Part shown: piece after piece, positions 62,560-64,000 of the stretch
How positions within the stretch are numbered: position 1 is the stretch's first letter
How the letters are laid out: each line of letters starts with the position of its first letter
Assembly: GCA_040384725.1 (NCBI GenBank)
Contig: JAZKIS010000002.1
Span: 7,682 to 71,681, forward strand
Direction of reading: 5' to 3'
Source of the DNA: Patescibacteria group bacterium
GTDB taxonomy: Bacteria > Patescibacteriota > Minisyncoccia > Phycocordibacterales > Phycocordibacteraceae
DNA: 64,000 nucleotides
The notes under the pieces: generated by a model
Told to the model about the DNA's origin: nothing
The model's input: the letters and a program-made list of their open reading frames with translations, nothing else
Databases searched by the model: none
Translations under genes and position numbers: made by a program

Positions 62560-63368
62560 TAAAGAACAATAGAGAAGAAGAGCACCGCGAGTACGATGCG
62601 ATAGATGCCGAACGGTATGAAAGTGTAGCGGCGCACGATCTGCAGCAGGAAGCGCATCGAAAGGAGCGCGACGAGGAAGGCGGTTACGAAGCCGAGTGCG
62701 AGGAGACCGAAGTCGTCGGTTGCGAACGTATCCGCTGACTTCAGAAGGTCGTATCCTGTAGCCGCTATCATGGTTGGCACCGCAAGCAGGAACGAGAACT
62801 CGACGATTGCTACCCTGCGCATGCCGGCCACAAGACCTCCTATGATAGTTGCAGCAGATCGGGATACTCCAGGAATAATCGCGATGGACTGGAAGAGACC
62901 TACGAGGAGCGCCTGCCTGTAGGTTATCTCTTTCGCGCCCTCAAGTGATTCCGGCTTCTCCTTATGCATGAGCTCGAAGAGAATCAGTATGATGCCACCG
63001 ATAAAGAGGGAGGTGACCACGACCAACGAATTCCCGAGCAGGAACCCTTTCACATACGGATACACGAGGAACCCAACGAGGCCGGTGGGCAGGAAGGCTA
63101 CGAAGAGCTTCTTCAGGAACGTAAAGTCGAGGAAAGACTTCCAGTAGAGGAAGATGACGGCCGCGATAGCGCCGAGCTGTATTGCGATCTGGAACGACGA
63201 CAGGAAGGCGCTCGGGGGGATGCTGAGGAGCTCGCTTGCGAGTATGAGGTGGCCCGTAGAGGAGATCGGGAGGAATTCGGTGATGCCCTCGATAATGCCA
63301 AGGATAACGCTGTCGAGCGGAGTCATAGTGGAAAAAGTATACCAGGGCTTTCTCGTCCCCAGTCCCAA
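62556..63368 (-). CDS. uppP: undecaprenyl-diphosphate phosphatase
   Basis: ILGIIEGITEFLPISSTGHLIL signature, eight TMs. Confidence 0.9.
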   Translation of the reverse strand: MGLGTRKPWYTFSTMTPLDSVILGIIEGITEFLPISSTGHLILASELLSIPPSAFLSSFQIAIQLGAIAAVIFLYWKSFLDFTFLKKLFVAFLPTGLVGFLVYPYVKGFLLGNSLVVVTSLFIGGIILILFELMHKEKPESLEGAKEITYRQALLVGLFQSIAIIPGVSRSAATIIGGLVAGMRRVAIVEFSFLLAVPTMIAATGYDLLKSADTFATDDFGLLALGFVTAFLVALLSMRFLLQIVRRYTFIPFGIYRIVLAVLFFSIVLY

Positions 63369-63409
63369 AGGGTTGCCGTACCAGCGTTTGACGGTATTCT
63401 TTAGGGACT

Positions 63410-63952
63410 ATGGCGCTCGCGCTCTCATCCCGGCTTGAAGCCCTTCTCTTTGCCTCTGGCGAACCGCTTACGAAGAAGCGACTCGCGGCATTTCTGGATA
63501 CGAATCAAGACGGTATCGAGGATGCTCTGAACGCGCTCAGGATCACGCTCGAGGATAGAGGACTCATGCTCGTTGAGGCAGGAGAGACAGTCGAGATGCG
63601 CACGAGCCCTGAGGCTGCCGACACTATCCAGAAGCTGCGCGAGAGCGAGCTTTCAAGGGACCTCGGAAAGGCGAGCCTGGAGACGCTCGCTATCATCCTC
63701 TATAAGGGAGGCTCGACGCGCGGGGAGATCGACTGGGTACGCGGCGTGAATTCAGGAGCGGCTATCCGCGCACTTCTCTTGCGGGGACTTATCGAGCGCA
63801 CCGAAGACAAGGACGACAAGCGCCGTGCCTTCTATAAGCCGACCGTCGATGCGCTCGCGCATCTTGGCGCAGGCAAGCTCGAGGACCTTCCTCGCTATGC
63901 AGAACTGCACGAGGCACTTGCCGCGAACGAAGCAACCGCATCCGACGTATGA
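63410..63952 (+). CDS. scpB: segregation and condensation protein B
   Basis: LEALLFASGEPLTKKRLAAFL...; two winged-helix repeats. Confidence 0.88.
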   Translation: MALALSSRLEALLFASGEPLTKKRLAAFLDTNQDGIEDALNALRITLEDRGLMLVEAGETVEMRTSPEAADTIQKLRESELSRDLGKASLETLAIILYKGGSTRGEIDWVRGVNSGAAIRALLLRGLIERTEDKDDKRRAFYKPTVDALAHLGAGKLEDLPRYAELHEALAANEATASDV

Positions 63953-64000
63953 CCACACCCGCTCCAGACCTGAAGACGCTCATACGGAGGCTCGAGAAGC
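63949..64000 (+). CDS. 5' fragment of an unidentified CDS (continues beyond window)
   Basis: ATG overlapping the scpB stop (ATGA); MTTPAPDLKTLIRRLEK... open to the window end. Confidence 0.3.
   Translation, partial: MTTPAPDLKTLIRRLEK

Noticed and set aside
61274-63952. scpA and scpB separated by two unrelated genes, considered as a rearrangement or mobile insertion
   Set aside because: The intervening genes (histidine phosphatase, uppP) are ordinary housekeeping genes with native composition and no mobility signatures; merely a non-canonical but unremarkable gene order.

Overview
64 kb of a ~55-58% GC bacterial chromosome, almost entirely + strand coding. The gene content looks like a small-genome Patescibacteria (CPR)-like lineage: many DUF and hypothetical membrane proteins, a DUF5671 protein, a sigma-70 region-4-only protein, a short AlaRS, a short AtpC, a Cys-less L36. 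That lineage call is inference only. Backbone, in order: 3' end of the F1F0 ATP synthase operon (atpA' through atpC); ychF; leuS carrying an inserted NUDIX domain; mnmA; a nuclease/ung trio; pepF; alaS; an L,D-transpeptidase; the ribosomal alpha operon (infA through rpsI); an M48 peptidase; grpE-dnaK-[inserted gene]-dnaJ; an ABC exporter; lysS; tyrS-tRNA-Tyr-trpS-aspS; pepA; scpA; uppP; scpB. Accessory regions with compositional shifts interrupt this backbone. The most striking is a low-GC island (42.5-47.9 kb) flanked by two paralogous CYTH genes, encoding a thymidylate-synthase-fold::SAM-methyltransferase fusion, a DNPH1/nucleoside-deoxyribosyltransferase-like::RHH fusion, a Gfo/Idh/MocA oxidoreductase and a dTMP-kinase-like kinase. 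This is a candidate modified-pyrimidine nucleotide pathway or nucleotide-targeting system. Also notable: a near-vertebrate-like amidinotransferase next to a PRMT-like methyltransferase and an orphan 7TM histidine kinase (49.4-53.1 kb); a secreted Kazal-like protein; a ~35-nt intergenic repeat family (7 copies, same strand); and a pervasive architecture of extended -10 promoters 6-9 nt upstream of ATG, indicating leaderless mRNAs. One tRNA (Tyr-GTA) was found; no rRNA, CRISPR array or obvious transposase was found.
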